The position numbers were made by a program, and so were the translations under genes. Below are positions 1 through 8,733 of a stretch of 49,145 nucleotides of DNA, piece by piece. The notes below the pieces were generated by a model. That model searched no databases. It saw only the letters and a list, made by a program, of their open reading frames with translations, and had not been told where the DNA came from. Position 1 is the stretch's first letter. Each line of letters starts with the position of its first letter. Source of the DNA: Clostridia bacterium (lineage in GTDB: Bacteria; Bacillota; Clostridia; Oscillospirales; CAG-382); contig JAFYUY010000027.1 of assembly GCA_017549405.1 (NCBI GenBank), positions 1-49,145 of the forward strand. The letters are read 5' to 3'.

Positions 1-151
1 ACATTTTTGAATGGTATAACGGAGGTATTTCTAATGAAAAAAAGAATACTAAGATTGATGAATCTACATATAAAAACCTGCTCAACAAATGCGGAACTAT
101 AAGAAGAAAACTTATTGCTTCTGTTACTACTGCAAAAGGAGGAAATATTAA

Positions 152-421
152 ATGAAATTAAGTTTCAGTTTAAAAAATAAAGAGGCAAGTTTTGAAGCAG
201 ATGTGGAAGGACTTGTAGAAAAAAGTATAGAAAACAAAGCGAAAAATCCAGTAAAGAAAACACGCTATCAGCTCAAGCAAGAAGAAGAAAAAAGAAGAAA
301 TGAAGAACTGAAACATAAACAAGAAATGCAGAAAATATATATTTGTTTAGGTATTGTAAGTGTTGTTATTACTATTTGTATAGTTATGGCTATTTTATCT
401 AATGTTTTTGGTTGGGCATAA
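152..421 (+). CDS. hypothetical small protein with C-terminal transmembrane helix
   Basis: 89-aa ORF with SD aaaggagg about 8 nt upstream of the ATG. The N-terminal half is Lys/Glu-rich and the C-terminus is hydrophobic (IYICLGIVSVVITICIVMAILSNVFGW). No family recognised. Confidence 0.45.
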   Translation: MKLSFSLKNKEASFEADVEGLVEKSIENKAKNPVKKTRYQLKQEEEKRRNEELKHKQEMQKIYICLGIVSVVITICIVMAILSNVFGWA

Positions 422-489
422 ATCCATAGTGTAGTTGAATACGAACAAAACATGTGGAATCCGTTGCACTTTTGGTGCAATCGGATTCA

Positions 490-570
490 GCGATATAAAT
501 GCTGTCACATTTGCGATATATACTAAGTATGCGATATATTACTTCGTAGTGCGATATGTCCCTTCGGGAC
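490..570 (+). repeat. tandem array: invariant word GCGATAT x4, each followed by a different short palindromic hairpin
   Basis: Read directly: GCGATAT-aaatgCTGTCAcattt, GCGATAT-atacTAAgtat, GCGATAT-attacTTCgtagt, GCGATAT-gtcccTTCgggac. A 13-bp-stem hairpin at 457-488 (gaatccgttgcac/gtgcaatcggattc) precedes it. Confidence 0.8.
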
Positions 571-620
571 GTGAATTTATCCCACAGGGCAACCGAAAAA
601 AGTGAGGTTATATCAAAATT

Positions 621-1019
621 ATGCGAAGCAAAATATTCTCAGAACAGAGCACCCTCCACCGCATGAAGCTCGCCCCCGCACCGTTTGAACTGATAAAAAG
701 CGGTAAAAAGACGGTGGAGCTGCGCCTTTATGACGAAAAACGAAAAGAGCTGCGTGCGGGAGATATCATAGAATTCACAAATACGCACACAGGCGAAACT
801 CTGACCACCATGGTTCTGAAACTGCACATATTCGGCAATTTTGAGGAACTGTACCGCACATTGCCGCTTCTGAACTGCGGATATACGGAAGAAAACGTTA
901 CCTGCGCAACCCCGCATGATATGGAAAAATATTATTCTCCGGAACAGCAAAAACAGTATGGCGTTGTGGGCATTGAGCTTTGCCTTTCGGAAAACGTCAC
1001 GGAAAACTCCGATTTATAA
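621..1019 (+). CDS. ASCH (ASC-1 homology, PUA-like) domain protein
   Basis: MKLAPAPFELIKSGKKTVELRLYDEKRKELRAGDIIEF...YGVVGIEL matches the usual ASCH layout. The start could instead be the internal ATG at 663. Confidence 0.7.
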   Translation: MRSKIFSEQSTLHRMKLAPAPFELIKSGKKTVELRLYDEKRKELRAGDIIEFTNTHTGETLTTMVLKLHIFGNFEELYRTLPLLNCGYTEENVTCATPHDMEKYYSPEQQKQYGVVGIELCLSENVTENSDL

Positions 1020-1037
1020 AACCACCGTTTTGAACTA

Positions 1038-1066
1038 TTGACTTTATGTGGAAGTTATGGTAAAAT
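1038..1066 (+). promoter_or_regulatory. sigma-A type promoter upstream of tRNA-Leu
   Basis: TTGACT (1038-1043), 17-nt spacer, TAAAAT (1061-1066), about 43 nt upstream of the tRNA 5' end. Confidence 0.5.
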
Positions 1067-1108
1067 AACACTTGTGATTTTCAATTTCCCATTTTCAATT
1101 TAATATTT

Positions 1109-1192
1109 GCGCCCGTGGCGGAATTGGCAGACGCGCCGGATTTAGGTTCCGGTGTCCTTGACGTGAAGGTTCAAGTCCTTTCGGGCGCACCA
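1109..1192 (+). tRNA. tRNA-Leu (anticodon UAG), class II with long variable arm, encoded CCA
   Basis: Acceptor stem GCGCCCG/CGGGCGC, discriminator A and CCA. Anticodon stem CCGGA/TCCGG with loop TTTAGGT. Long variable arm and T-loop GGTTCAAGTCC. Confidence 0.93.
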
Positions 1193-1200
1193 ACAAAAAA

Positions 1201-1236
1201 ACGCACTTTTGTCTACCGACAAAGGTGCGTTTTTTG
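1201..1236 (+). terminator. rho-independent terminator after tRNA-Leu
   Basis: Stem acgcacttttgtc / gacaaaggtgcgt, loop tacc, followed by TTTTT. Confidence 0.75.
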
Positions 1237-1237
1237 A

Positions 1238-1406
1238 ATGATGTTTGCCTTCGGCAAATGATGTTGGCTTCGCCAATGATGACGGCTTCGCCTAATGATG
1301 TGTAGCTTCGCCACATTTTATGGCAAACATCGCATCATTGCGAGTAAAACGAGCAACATCATATTTGCGGAGCAAATGCATCATATCGCCTGCGGCGATG
1401 CTTCAT
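1238..1406 (+). repeat. composite tandem array: word ATGATG x4 then inverted word CATCAT x3-4, each separated by variable hairpins
   Basis: ATGATG-tttgccTTCggcaa, ATGATG-ttggcTTCgccaa, ATGATG-acggcTTCgcct, ATGATG-tgtagcTTCgccaca. The polarity then flips: CATCAT-..., CATCAT-atttgcGGAgcaaat, CATCAT-atcgccTGCggcgat, CTTCAT. Confidence 0.75.
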
Positions 1407-1530
1407 TTGAAAAGCAACTTTGATAAAAAGTTGGGGCTATTTTATTTGTTGTCCTTTTTATGGGACACATGCCGTGATAAAATTAAGATGTAAAGTAAAT
1501 CATGTCCTGAAAAACGAAAGGAGATTTATC

Positions 1531-1884
1531 ATGGAAACAATGTTTGTAACAATTACGGGAGTTAACCACTACTACGGACTCAAGCCATTTAAAGTGGGTG
1601 GTATTTTGAAACTTGTCAAGGATAAGCACAATGATTTTGACGGTGATGCTATCGAAGTAAAAATGCCATATATCAACACGGTAGGTTTTGTGGCGAACAG
1701 TCCTAACACAACGTTTAAGGGCACTTTCAGTGCAGGTAGAATTTATGACAGCTTTGGTGATTATTGCTATGCAAGAGTTATGTTTATAACGCATTCGTCT
1801 GTGATTGCACTTGTGCTTCCCGAGGAGGTCGGAAGCGTGTGTAACAATATGTTTGATTCTGAAGACGATGTAATACACTTTTAA
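1531..1884 (+). CDS. stand-alone HIRAN domain protein
   Basis: SD aaaggaga precedes the ATG at 1531; the track ORF starting at 1420 is an upstream extension. GVNHYYGLKPFKVGGILKLVKDKHNDFDGDAIEVKM..VGFVA fits the HIRAN pattern. Confidence 0.65.
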   Translation: METMFVTITGVNHYYGLKPFKVGGILKLVKDKHNDFDGDAIEVKMPYINTVGFVANSPNTTFKGTFSAGRIYDSFGDYCYARVMFITHSSVIALVLPEEVGSVCNNMFDSEDDVIHF

Positions 1885-1902
1885 ACAGAAAGGCAATTGT
1901 AT

Positions 1903-2361
1903 ATGTGTCAGCAAAGAACCGACCCTTTTGTGTGGGATAATAAAGAATATGTGTTTCTTCATGCAGATGACGTATACTCGTTATTTGATCCTGATGGTTA
2001 TGGATTAGTCCCTTCCGAACCGGATACTTCATGCTACAAGGGTTTCATTGTTCATTTTAAATTGAAGAAAAGTCAACTGTATCTTTCGAAACTTGAAGTA
2101 TATTGCGAAGATGGGAACTATCCACTGATTAACAAAGTCAAAGCTCATAAGGAATTATTTGATTCCTTTTATGTATATAGAAATTTGAATTTGCCGCTAA
2201 AATACACAGGAAATATTGTAATAGGTACAGAATTGAAAGAACGATATAGGGGCAGAACCTTTACGGGACTGCACTCATATGAAAAGACATATGATTTGCA
2301 TTTTGTAAATGGAGTTTTGGGAAATTATGTGGATTCATCGGATAAGTATTTCGGATTCTGA
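1903..2361 (+). CDS. hypothetical protein, probably co-transcribed with the HIRAN gene
   Basis: Starts 19 nt after the HIRAN stop. ATG at 1903 with agaaagg upstream; the track start at 1897 is TTG. No family recognised. Confidence 0.55.
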   Translation: MCQQRTDPFVWDNKEYVFLHADDVYSLFDPDGYGLVPSEPDTSCYKGFIVHFKLKKSQLYLSKLEVYCEDGNYPLINKVKAHKELFDSFYVYRNLNLPLKYTGNIVIGTELKERYRGRTFTGLHSYEKTYDLHFVNGVLGNYVDSSDKYFGF

Positions 2362-2528
2362 TTATATGAAAATATGTGAGATATTGTTTGATTATTTCGA
2401 CATCTGCATGGTGTGATAACTCTTAATAAAATAATCCCCTTTATAAAAAGGTTCACACCTATTAAATATAGGGGGTGCAAAAACACTCTGTATGAACCTT
2501 TTATCAAAATTAGAGTTATTTCCAAAAA

Positions 2529-2559
2529 AAGACAAGTTTCCTTTGAAGCTTGTCTTTTT
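2529..2559 (+). terminator. rho-independent terminator closing the AT-rich islet
   Basis: Stem aagacaag/cttgtctt, 12-nt loop, T-run. Confidence 0.55.
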
Positions 2560-2677
2560 CAGTTATATTCGGACTTCGTCCGGGTCATATCCCCCCGAGC
2601 CCCCTTTTTATATTGACAAACCCCACCCGTTATGTTAAAATTACCATAAGCTTACACTTTTGAAAAAGAGGTGCTTT

Positions 2678-4366
2678 ATGGTAAACGCGCAAATAGTTGA
2701 TTCAATGACAGAAGTCCTTATTTCGGGCAAATTTCCCGAAAAAAATCTTTCTTCGATCACCGTATGCCGTAATCAGACGGCAAATTTTCAGCTTGCATTC
2801 GGAATTACGGACGGAAGTGAAAAAAGCAAGAACTTTTACGTAAGGGTGGAAACATCACTTCCCCTAAGCCTTTATTACGTAAACAACGTGCCCGTTATAC
2901 ACACTTCATCTGCGGATACAAACGTTTCGCCCGGACTTTACCCCGATATGCTGCTTGAAAAGAGCATAAATCCTCCCCTTTCCGACAATTCCGCGCCCCC
3001 TTTCGGAAAATTCATGGCGGAGGACAACGAAAAAGTTCTTCTGCGTGCCTATGACGACAGCCCGCAGGCTTTATGGTTCTGCATAAACGAGCACGAAAAA
3101 ACACTGAAGCCCGGCAACTACCCCATTGATATTCGTATTTTTGACAGAGCAGAAACACTTCAGTGCACCGCTCACCTTGATGTGTGCGTGTTGGACAAAA
3201 AGCTCCCCGCACAGAAGATCACATACACCAACTGGTTCCACCACGACTGCCTTTGCGACACCTACGGTGTGGAGGTCTTTTCCGACAGATATTTTGAGAT
3301 CATGGCGGATTACGTGGAAAAAGCCGCACGAAACGGCATGAATATGATACTTCTGCCCGCTTTCACACCGCCCCTTGATACAGGCATCGGCCGTGAGAGA
3401 ATGACGGTGCAGCTTGTGAAAGTGACAAAAAACGGCAAAGAATACTCCTTTGATTTTTCCCTGATGAAAAAATTTATTGATATCTGCAGAAAATGCGGTA
3501 TCAAAAAGTTTGAACACTGCCATCTGTTCACCCAGTGGGGCGCAAAAAGCGCACCGAAAATAATGGTGCACGAAAACGGAAAGTATAAAAACGCTTTCGG
3601 CTGGAAAGCAAAAGCGTCAGGTAAAGCATATGTTTCGTTTTTGAATCAGTATCTTCCCGCATTAAAGGAATTTCTTATAAAAGAAAAGCTTGAAAAGAGC
3701 ATAATGTTCCACATCTCCGACGAGCCCGACAGCACCATGCTTGAGGACTACGCAAAAGCGCGCGGCGCCGTGCAGAAGCATCTTGACGGATTTACCGTGG
3801 GAGATGCCATGAGCCATGTGGAATATTACGAGCGCGGATTTTGCAAGACCCCCATTTCCGACATTCCGACCGTCCACGATTTTATAGGAAAATGCCCCGG
3901 ACTCTGGGCATATTACACGGGCGGCTCATCCATGAACGGCAGAAGCAGCAGAGTGCTCACCGTGCCGAGATACCGCAACAGAATGCTGGGAATTCAGATG
4001 TGGTATTACGGAATATCCGGATTTTTGCACTGGGGCTACAACAATTATTACGGCGAGCAGAGCAAATATCTTTTCAACCCCGCAACAAATACCAACGGCG
4101 GATTTTCACTCCCCGGCACTTCATATATAGTTTACCCCGCCTTTGACGGCACATGCATACAGTCCGTGCGCCAGAAGATCTTTGCCGAAGGTCTTTGCGA
4201 TATCCGCCTGCTCACTCTTGCGGAAAAGCTTTGCGGAAGAGATGCCTGCGAAAAGCTGATAGAAAAACACTTCAGTGTTCCTCATTTCGATAAGACCCCC
4301 GAAAACGCAGATACATTCCGTGCTTTTACAAAGGAAATATATGAAATGATAAAAAAAGTGGAATAA
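2678..4366 (+). CDS. DUF4091-type glycoside-hydrolase-like protein, cytoplasmic
   Basis: ATG at 2678 after aagagg. WFHHDCLCDTYGVEVFSDRYFEIMADYVEKAARNGMNMILLPAFTPPLD resembles the DUF4091/GH123-like core. No signal peptide. The family call is from memory only. Confidence 0.65.
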   Translation: MVNAQIVDSMTEVLISGKFPEKNLSSITVCRNQTANFQLAFGITDGSEKSKNFYVRVETSLPLSLYYVNNVPVIHTSSADTNVSPGLYPDMLLEKSINPPLSDNSAPPFGKFMAEDNEKVLLRAYDDSPQALWFCINEHEKTLKPGNYPIDIRIFDRAETLQCTAHLDVCVLDKKLPAQKITYTNWFHHDCLCDTYGVEVFSDRYFEIMADYVEKAARNGMNMILLPAFTPPLDTGIGRERMTVQLVKVTKNGKEYSFDFSLMKKFIDICRKCGIKKFEHCHLFTQWGAKSAPKIMVHENGKYKNAFGWKAKASGKAYVSFLNQYLPALKEFLIKEKLEKSIMFHISDEPDSTMLEDYAKARGAVQKHLDGFTVGDAMSHVEYYERGFCKTPISDIPTVHDFIGKCPGLWAYYTGGSSMNGRSSRVLTVPRYRNRMLGIQMWYYGISGFLHWGYNNYYGEQSKYLFNPATNTNGGFSLPGTSYIVYPAFDGTCIQSVRQKIFAEGLCDIRLLTLAEKLCGRDACEKLIEKHFSVPHFDKTPENADTFRAFTKEIYEMIKKVE

Positions 4367-4378
4367 AAACGTAAAATT

Positions 4379-4906
4379 ATGGAAAATCAATCCCGCTTGC
4401 CTGCAAGGAAAAATAACCGTCTTAAAGATTATGACTACAGTTCTTGCGGTGCATATTTTATAACTATATGCACAAAAGACAAAAAATGCATATTTTGGAA
4501 AAAAGAGCAGAACGGTTTTGTAGGGGAGGATATTATCCTCCCGCAAAACTGTATAGAATTATCGCCTTATGGAAAAATTGCAGATAATGCGATAAATGCA
4601 ATTCCTCTTCATTATCAAAACATAGAATTATTGCAATATGTCATAATGCCCAATCACATACACCTTATATTATTTATTCCGTATAATAACGGGAAGATGA
4701 TATCTTCCCCTACAATACGAAAATCTGTTTTGACAGCAGTGGGACAGATGAAACGGCATGTTTCAAAGGCAATAGGTCAACCCATTTGGCAAAAATCCTT
4801 TCACGACCATATCATACGCAACGGCAGTGATTATGAAAAAATAGCCAAATACATATATGAAAATCCGATAAAATGGCATTGCGACTGTTTTTATACAGAA
4901 CAATAA
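4379..4906 (+). CDS. IS200/IS605-family Y1 (HUH) transposase-like protein of the REP-associated (RAYT) type
   Basis: RLKDYDYSSCGAYFITICTKD, HUH motif in MPNHIHLIL, and WQKSFHDHIIRNGSDYEKIAKYIYENPIKW. Single gene with no tnpB or IS ends visible. Confidence 0.8.
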   Translation: MENQSRLPARKNNRLKDYDYSSCGAYFITICTKDKKCIFWKKEQNGFVGEDIILPQNCIELSPYGKIADNAINAIPLHYQNIELLQYVIMPNHIHLILFIPYNNGKMISSPTIRKSVLTAVGQMKRHVSKAIGQPIWQKSFHDHIIRNGSDYEKIAKYIYENPIKWHCDCFYTEQ

Positions 4907-4973
4907 ATTTTGGTGCATAATATTTGCAAACCGGCTATTATCGCTGAAAATTCTCAACAAAGGAGCAAAAACA

Positions 4974-6101
4974 ATGCTTGAATACACAAAAAAATTCTGT
5001 GATTCTTTTCTCGAAAAGGGTGTTCCATATTTTGATCTTGCAATCTTTAAGGACGGAAAAAGTCTTTTAAGATATTCGGGCGGTCATACCGACCCCGAAA
5101 AAAAGATCCCCGTCAGCGGAAAGGAAAGATACAACATCTATTCCTGCTCAAAGCCCATAACCTGCACCGCAGCACTTATGCTGTGGGAAAAAGGTCTGTT
5201 TTCCCTCGATGACAGGCTTTCCGACTATATGCCCGAATTTTCGCAAATGTATGTAAAGACCGAAGACGGTGTGAAAAAGGCGGAAAACCCCATTCTTATA
5301 CACCACCTTTTTGAAATGACGGCAGGCTTTTCCTATAATGTTTTCTCGCCCGTGTTCGATGAGTGCCGCAAAAATACCGACGGCAAGTGCCCCACACGGG
5401 AGGCGATAAAGTGTCTTGCAAAAGATCCTTTACTGTTTGAACCCGGCACAAAATGGGAATACAGTCTGTGCCACGATGTGCTGGCGGCTCTTGTGGAGGT
5501 GATATCGGGAGAAAAGTTTGAGGATTTTGTTAAAAAGAACATCTTTGATGTGCTTGGAATGAAGGATTCCACTTTCATGCTTCCCGAAAACGAGCTCGAC
5601 ACCATAGCCCCCCAATATGCTTTTCAGAACGGAAAAGCCGTGGCTATCGCCAAAAATATAAGAAGCTACAAGCTTGGAGCGCAATATGCCTCGGGCGGTG
5701 CGGGAGGCATCTCCACCGTGGACGATTACATAAAATTCCTTGAGGGACTTCGTACATACAAGCTGTTAAAGCCCGAGACCCTTACGCTTATGACCACCGA
5801 CCGCACAGCTCATCTCGGCAGAGTTGTGATAAACCACGGCTACGGTCTTGGTGTTCGCTGCTCCTGCGGAATATACGGAAATTCCGATTTCGGCTGGGGC
5901 GGTGCGGCAAGCGCATATCTTGCCGTGGATATGGAAAATGCCCTTTCGGTATATATCGGAATGCATCTTTTGGGCTCACCCGTGCAGGGCGCACGCTCCA
6001 TGCTCTATAACCTCATACGTGCAGAGCTTTTTGAGCCTTCATACGTGGAAACCGTTCTTGGAGAGCTGACAAAGCTGCATGGATATGAGCTCACCTATTG
6101 A
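4974..6101 (+). CDS. serine hydrolase, class C beta-lactamase/PBP4*-like family
   Basis: SD aaaggag. S-x-x-K motif in YSCSKPITCTAALMLWEKG. Length and overall pattern fit the beta-lactamase-related family. Confidence 0.85.
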   Translation: MLEYTKKFCDSFLEKGVPYFDLAIFKDGKSLLRYSGGHTDPEKKIPVSGKERYNIYSCSKPITCTAALMLWEKGLFSLDDRLSDYMPEFSQMYVKTEDGVKKAENPILIHHLFEMTAGFSYNVFSPVFDECRKNTDGKCPTREAIKCLAKDPLLFEPGTKWEYSLCHDVLAALVEVISGEKFEDFVKKNIFDVLGMKDSTFMLPENELDTIAPQYAFQNGKAVAIAKNIRSYKLGAQYASGGAGGISTVDDYIKFLEGLRTYKLLKPETLTLMTTDRTAHLGRVVINHGYGLGVRCSCGIYGNSDFGWGGAASAYLAVDMENALSVYIGMHLLGSPVQGARSMLYNLIRAELFEPSYVETVLGELTKLHGYELTY

Positions 6102-6169
6102 TATGTGAAAGTAAAAGCACGGATAACGGTGATTTTCAGACTGTCGCAAAAGTCTTTTTAAATAATTCA

Positions 6170-6224
6170 GGGCGAACCCTCACCGGGGGTTCGCCCTCTT
6201 TTCAACCGTAAACCGGTTGAAAAT
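6170..6224. terminator. bidirectional terminator region between convergent genes
   Basis: Hairpin gggcgaaccc/gggttcgccc followed by tctttt, then hairpin ttttcaaccg/cggttgaaaa. Confidence 0.7.
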
Positions 6225-6240
6225 TCATCTTCACTTATTT

Positions 6241-7164
6241 TTATATACCAAGCATTCCCTCAAGCCTGTCCGTTGCAAGCTTCATCTGCTCCATGCACTC
6301 TCTGCCGTAGCGTGTGAGCTCCGTGGCAAGTCTGTTGCGTGATATGACCTCCGTGGGAATGCCGCAAAGGTTCATATGATACTTTGCCGTAAGGGGATAC
6401 GGAAGTCCCACCTCCGTAAAGCCGAATGTGCCGATGACCGACTGCACAAGCTCCGCTTTCTGAGGCTCACTCTCATAATTTTTGCAGAGCCATGCGTAAA
6501 GCTTGGGGTGGAAATTTGCCATTATGCCGCAGTATCCCTTGCCGCCGCAACGCAGGGACGAAAGAAGGGTCTGACAGTTGGCATTGAGCAGGGCAAAGTG
6601 GCTGCCGTGCAAAAGCTCCATTCTTTTTTCTATCACGTTCATATCGCAGCAGGTGTCTTTCATGAAATAAAATCTTCCCGTTTCAAGGCACCATTTTAAA
6701 ATACGGTCGGTCACAAGGCGCTTATAGGGCATTGGGCATTCATAAAGACCAAGGTTTATATCCGGGGGCAGCTTTTTCAGAAGTGCCTCCGCATTTTTTA
6801 TCCACTCGTCATCACCGAGATTTTCCGGGTCAAGGCGGTTTGTTATAAGTATGAGCGCATCCGTACCCGAATCTGCAATGCGGCAAAGCTCGTCTGCCTG
6901 GGCATCTATTGAGTGCGCAACATGCCCCGATGACACCACCGTAAGACCGTAGCTCTTGGCGGCTTTATACACAAGTCCGTTGAGCTTTACACGCTCCTCA
7001 AGGGTGAGATATGCTATCTCGCTTGACTGGCAAACGGCAAAAATTCCGTCGCAGCCGTTTTTTGCATACCATTCAACGTACTTTTCCGCCGTAGCATAAT
7101 CCACTTCCTTTGCGGGAGTATAGGGGGTTATCATTGTGGGATATGAACCGAATCTGTAATTCAT
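6241..7164 (-). CDS. dihydrodipicolinate synthase / N-acetylneuraminate lyase (DapA) family aldolase
   Basis: MITPYTPAKEVDYATAEKYVEWYAKNGCDGIFAVCQSSE... with a candidate Schiff-base Lys in FYFMKDTCCD. SD aaaggag. Confidence 0.8.
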   Translation of the reverse strand: MNYRFGSYPTMITPYTPAKEVDYATAEKYVEWYAKNGCDGIFAVCQSSEIAYLTLEERVKLNGLVYKAAKSYGLTVVSSGHVAHSIDAQADELCRIADSGTDALILITNRLDPENLGDDEWIKNAEALLKKLPPDINLGLYECPMPYKRLVTDRILKWCLETGRFYFMKDTCCDMNVIEKRMELLHGSHFALLNANCQTLLSSLRCGGKGYCGIMANFHPKLYAWLCKNYESEPQKAELVQSVIGTFGFTEVGLPYPLTAKYHMNLCGIPTEVISRNRLATELTRYGRECMEQMKLATDRLEGMLGI

Positions 7165-7199
7165 GATAAAAATTCTCCTTTAAGTAATTATTTTATATA

Positions 7200-7805
7200 T
7201 TATTCTTCAAGATGCCCGCAAAACGGGTCTCCCTGCAAGAAGAAATTGCCGTCTGAAAAGTGTATTTCGGTTATTGATGTGTTTTTCATTGGTGTAATAT
7301 CAAGAACATTCTGACCGCGCCACATGGCAATAAGATTGCGGATTATACCGCCATGAGTACCCACTGCAATAGTTTTACCCTCGTTTTCAAGGGCAATTTC
7401 CCGAAGGGCATCAAGGGCACGGTAACGGATATTGCCGTAGCACTCGCCACCTCGGAAAGTATAATTTTCAGGATCGGCACGGTAAGTTGCGATCTCTTTC
7501 GGAAAATCCCTTTCGATATCGGAAACAAGGTTTCCGCTCCACACCCCCACATCCACCTCACGAAGGGCGGGGCAGGTTTTGATTTCAAGTCCCAGCTCCT
7601 TTGCCAGCGGCTCCACCGTGGCATAAGCTCTTATAAGGTCGGAAGAATACACCGCATCTATCTTAAAATTTTCCAGTATGTATTTAGTAACAGTCTGCGC
7701 CTGGCTGAGCCCTTTCTGTGTGAGAGGAGCATTTCCCTGCCCGCAAAAACGCTTTTCAAGGTTAGCAACGCTTTCACCGTGGCGGATAAGCAAAAATTTT
7801 ACCAT
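7200..7805 (-). CDS. histidine phosphatase (phosphoglycerate mutase-like) family protein
   Basis: LIRHGESVAN (RHG motif) and a later GTHGG motif. SD aaaggag. Overlaps the patatin gene's stop by 7 nt. Confidence 0.85.
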   Translation of the reverse strand: MVKFLLIRHGESVANLEKRFCGQGNAPLTQKGLSQAQTVTKYILENFKIDAVYSSDLIRAYATVEPLAKELGLEIKTCPALREVDVGVWSGNLVSDIERDFPKEIATYRADPENYTFRGGECYGNIRYRALDALREIALENEGKTIAVGTHGGIIRNLIAMWRGQNVLDITPMKNTSITEIHFSDGNFFLQGDPFCGHLEE

Positions 7806-8653
7806 TTCAAAAACTCCTTTAATTCATCAAGACACGAAAGTGCCGTTTCTCTGCCTATATTATAGACCTTATGAAGTTTTTTCGGATCCTTGCAGAGTCT
7901 GCCCACGGGAAGCTTCTGCGGTGGGCGGATTATAAAGACTCTGCCGTCTTTTTCCGCACTTTCGGCATATTTTACGGACTCGTTATATACCTCGTGGCGC
8001 ACCCTCATTGCTTCTGTTGCGGCAGGATATTCCCGAAGAGCTCTTTTTATGAGCGGCAGAGCTTTGTTTTCACCCTTTATGTAATCTGCGGGCCGGGTAA
8101 GTACCACAACATTTTTTTCGTATCCCTTATCTTCAAAGAATTTCAGAGGCACCGAATCGGCAATTCCGCCGTCAAGGAGCGGTGTTCCGTCCTTATAAAC
8201 GATGCGGGAAACAAGGGGCATGGATGCCGATGCACGGAAAACTTCAAGATCACGCTCGGCACCGTCATCGCATTTGTAATATGCCGCCTTGCCCGTGGTA
8301 AGGTCTGTGCAGACCACGTAGAATTCCATGGGGTTTTTGCGGAAGGTATCCACATCAAAGGGGTCAAGCTCAAAGGGGAGCTTCCGGTAACAAAAATCCA
8401 CACCGAAAAGATCGCCCGTTTTAATAAGTGAGCGAATACTGCAATAACGGCTGTCTCGGCAATATTTCAAATTATAGCGCAGCGCTCTGCCGTGCTGACG
8501 GCTTTTGAAATTACATCCGAATGCCGCACCTGCGGAAACACCCACCATGCCGTCAAACGTTATATCGTTTTCAAGAAATACATCGGTCACTCCCGCCGAA
8601 AAAAGCCCACGCATGGCGCCTCCCTCCAGCACAAGTCCTGATTTTTTGCTCAT
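7799..8653 (-). CDS. patatin-like phospholipase
   Basis: GLVLEGGAMRGLFSAGV oxyanion motif and GVSAGA (G-x-S-x-G). The ATG at 8653 with aagagg is preferred over the GTG at 8680. Confidence 0.85.
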   Translation of the reverse strand: MSKKSGLVLEGGAMRGLFSAGVTDVFLENDITFDGMVGVSAGAAFGCNFKSRQHGRALRYNLKYCRDSRYCSIRSLIKTGDLFGVDFCYRKLPFELDPFDVDTFRKNPMEFYVVCTDLTTGKAAYYKCDDGAERDLEVFRASASMPLVSRIVYKDGTPLLDGGIADSVPLKFFEDKGYEKNVVVLTRPADYIKGENKALPLIKRALREYPAATEAMRVRHEVYNESVKYAESAEKDGRVFIIRPPQKLPVGRLCKDPKKLHKVYNIGRETALSCLDELKEFLKW

Positions 8654-8733
8654 GTTGTTACCTCTTTTTTGATCATTCACTCGGTTTTTCGGGAAGATCG
8701 GTCTTTCCCTGCAGGGTGCGGTGTTCTGCTTTT

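Noticed and set aside
1-99. Possible 3' end of a gene entering the window (frame 1, stop at 97-99)
   Set aside because: Only 32 codons are visible, with no recognisable motif and AT-rich sequence. This is insufficient to call.
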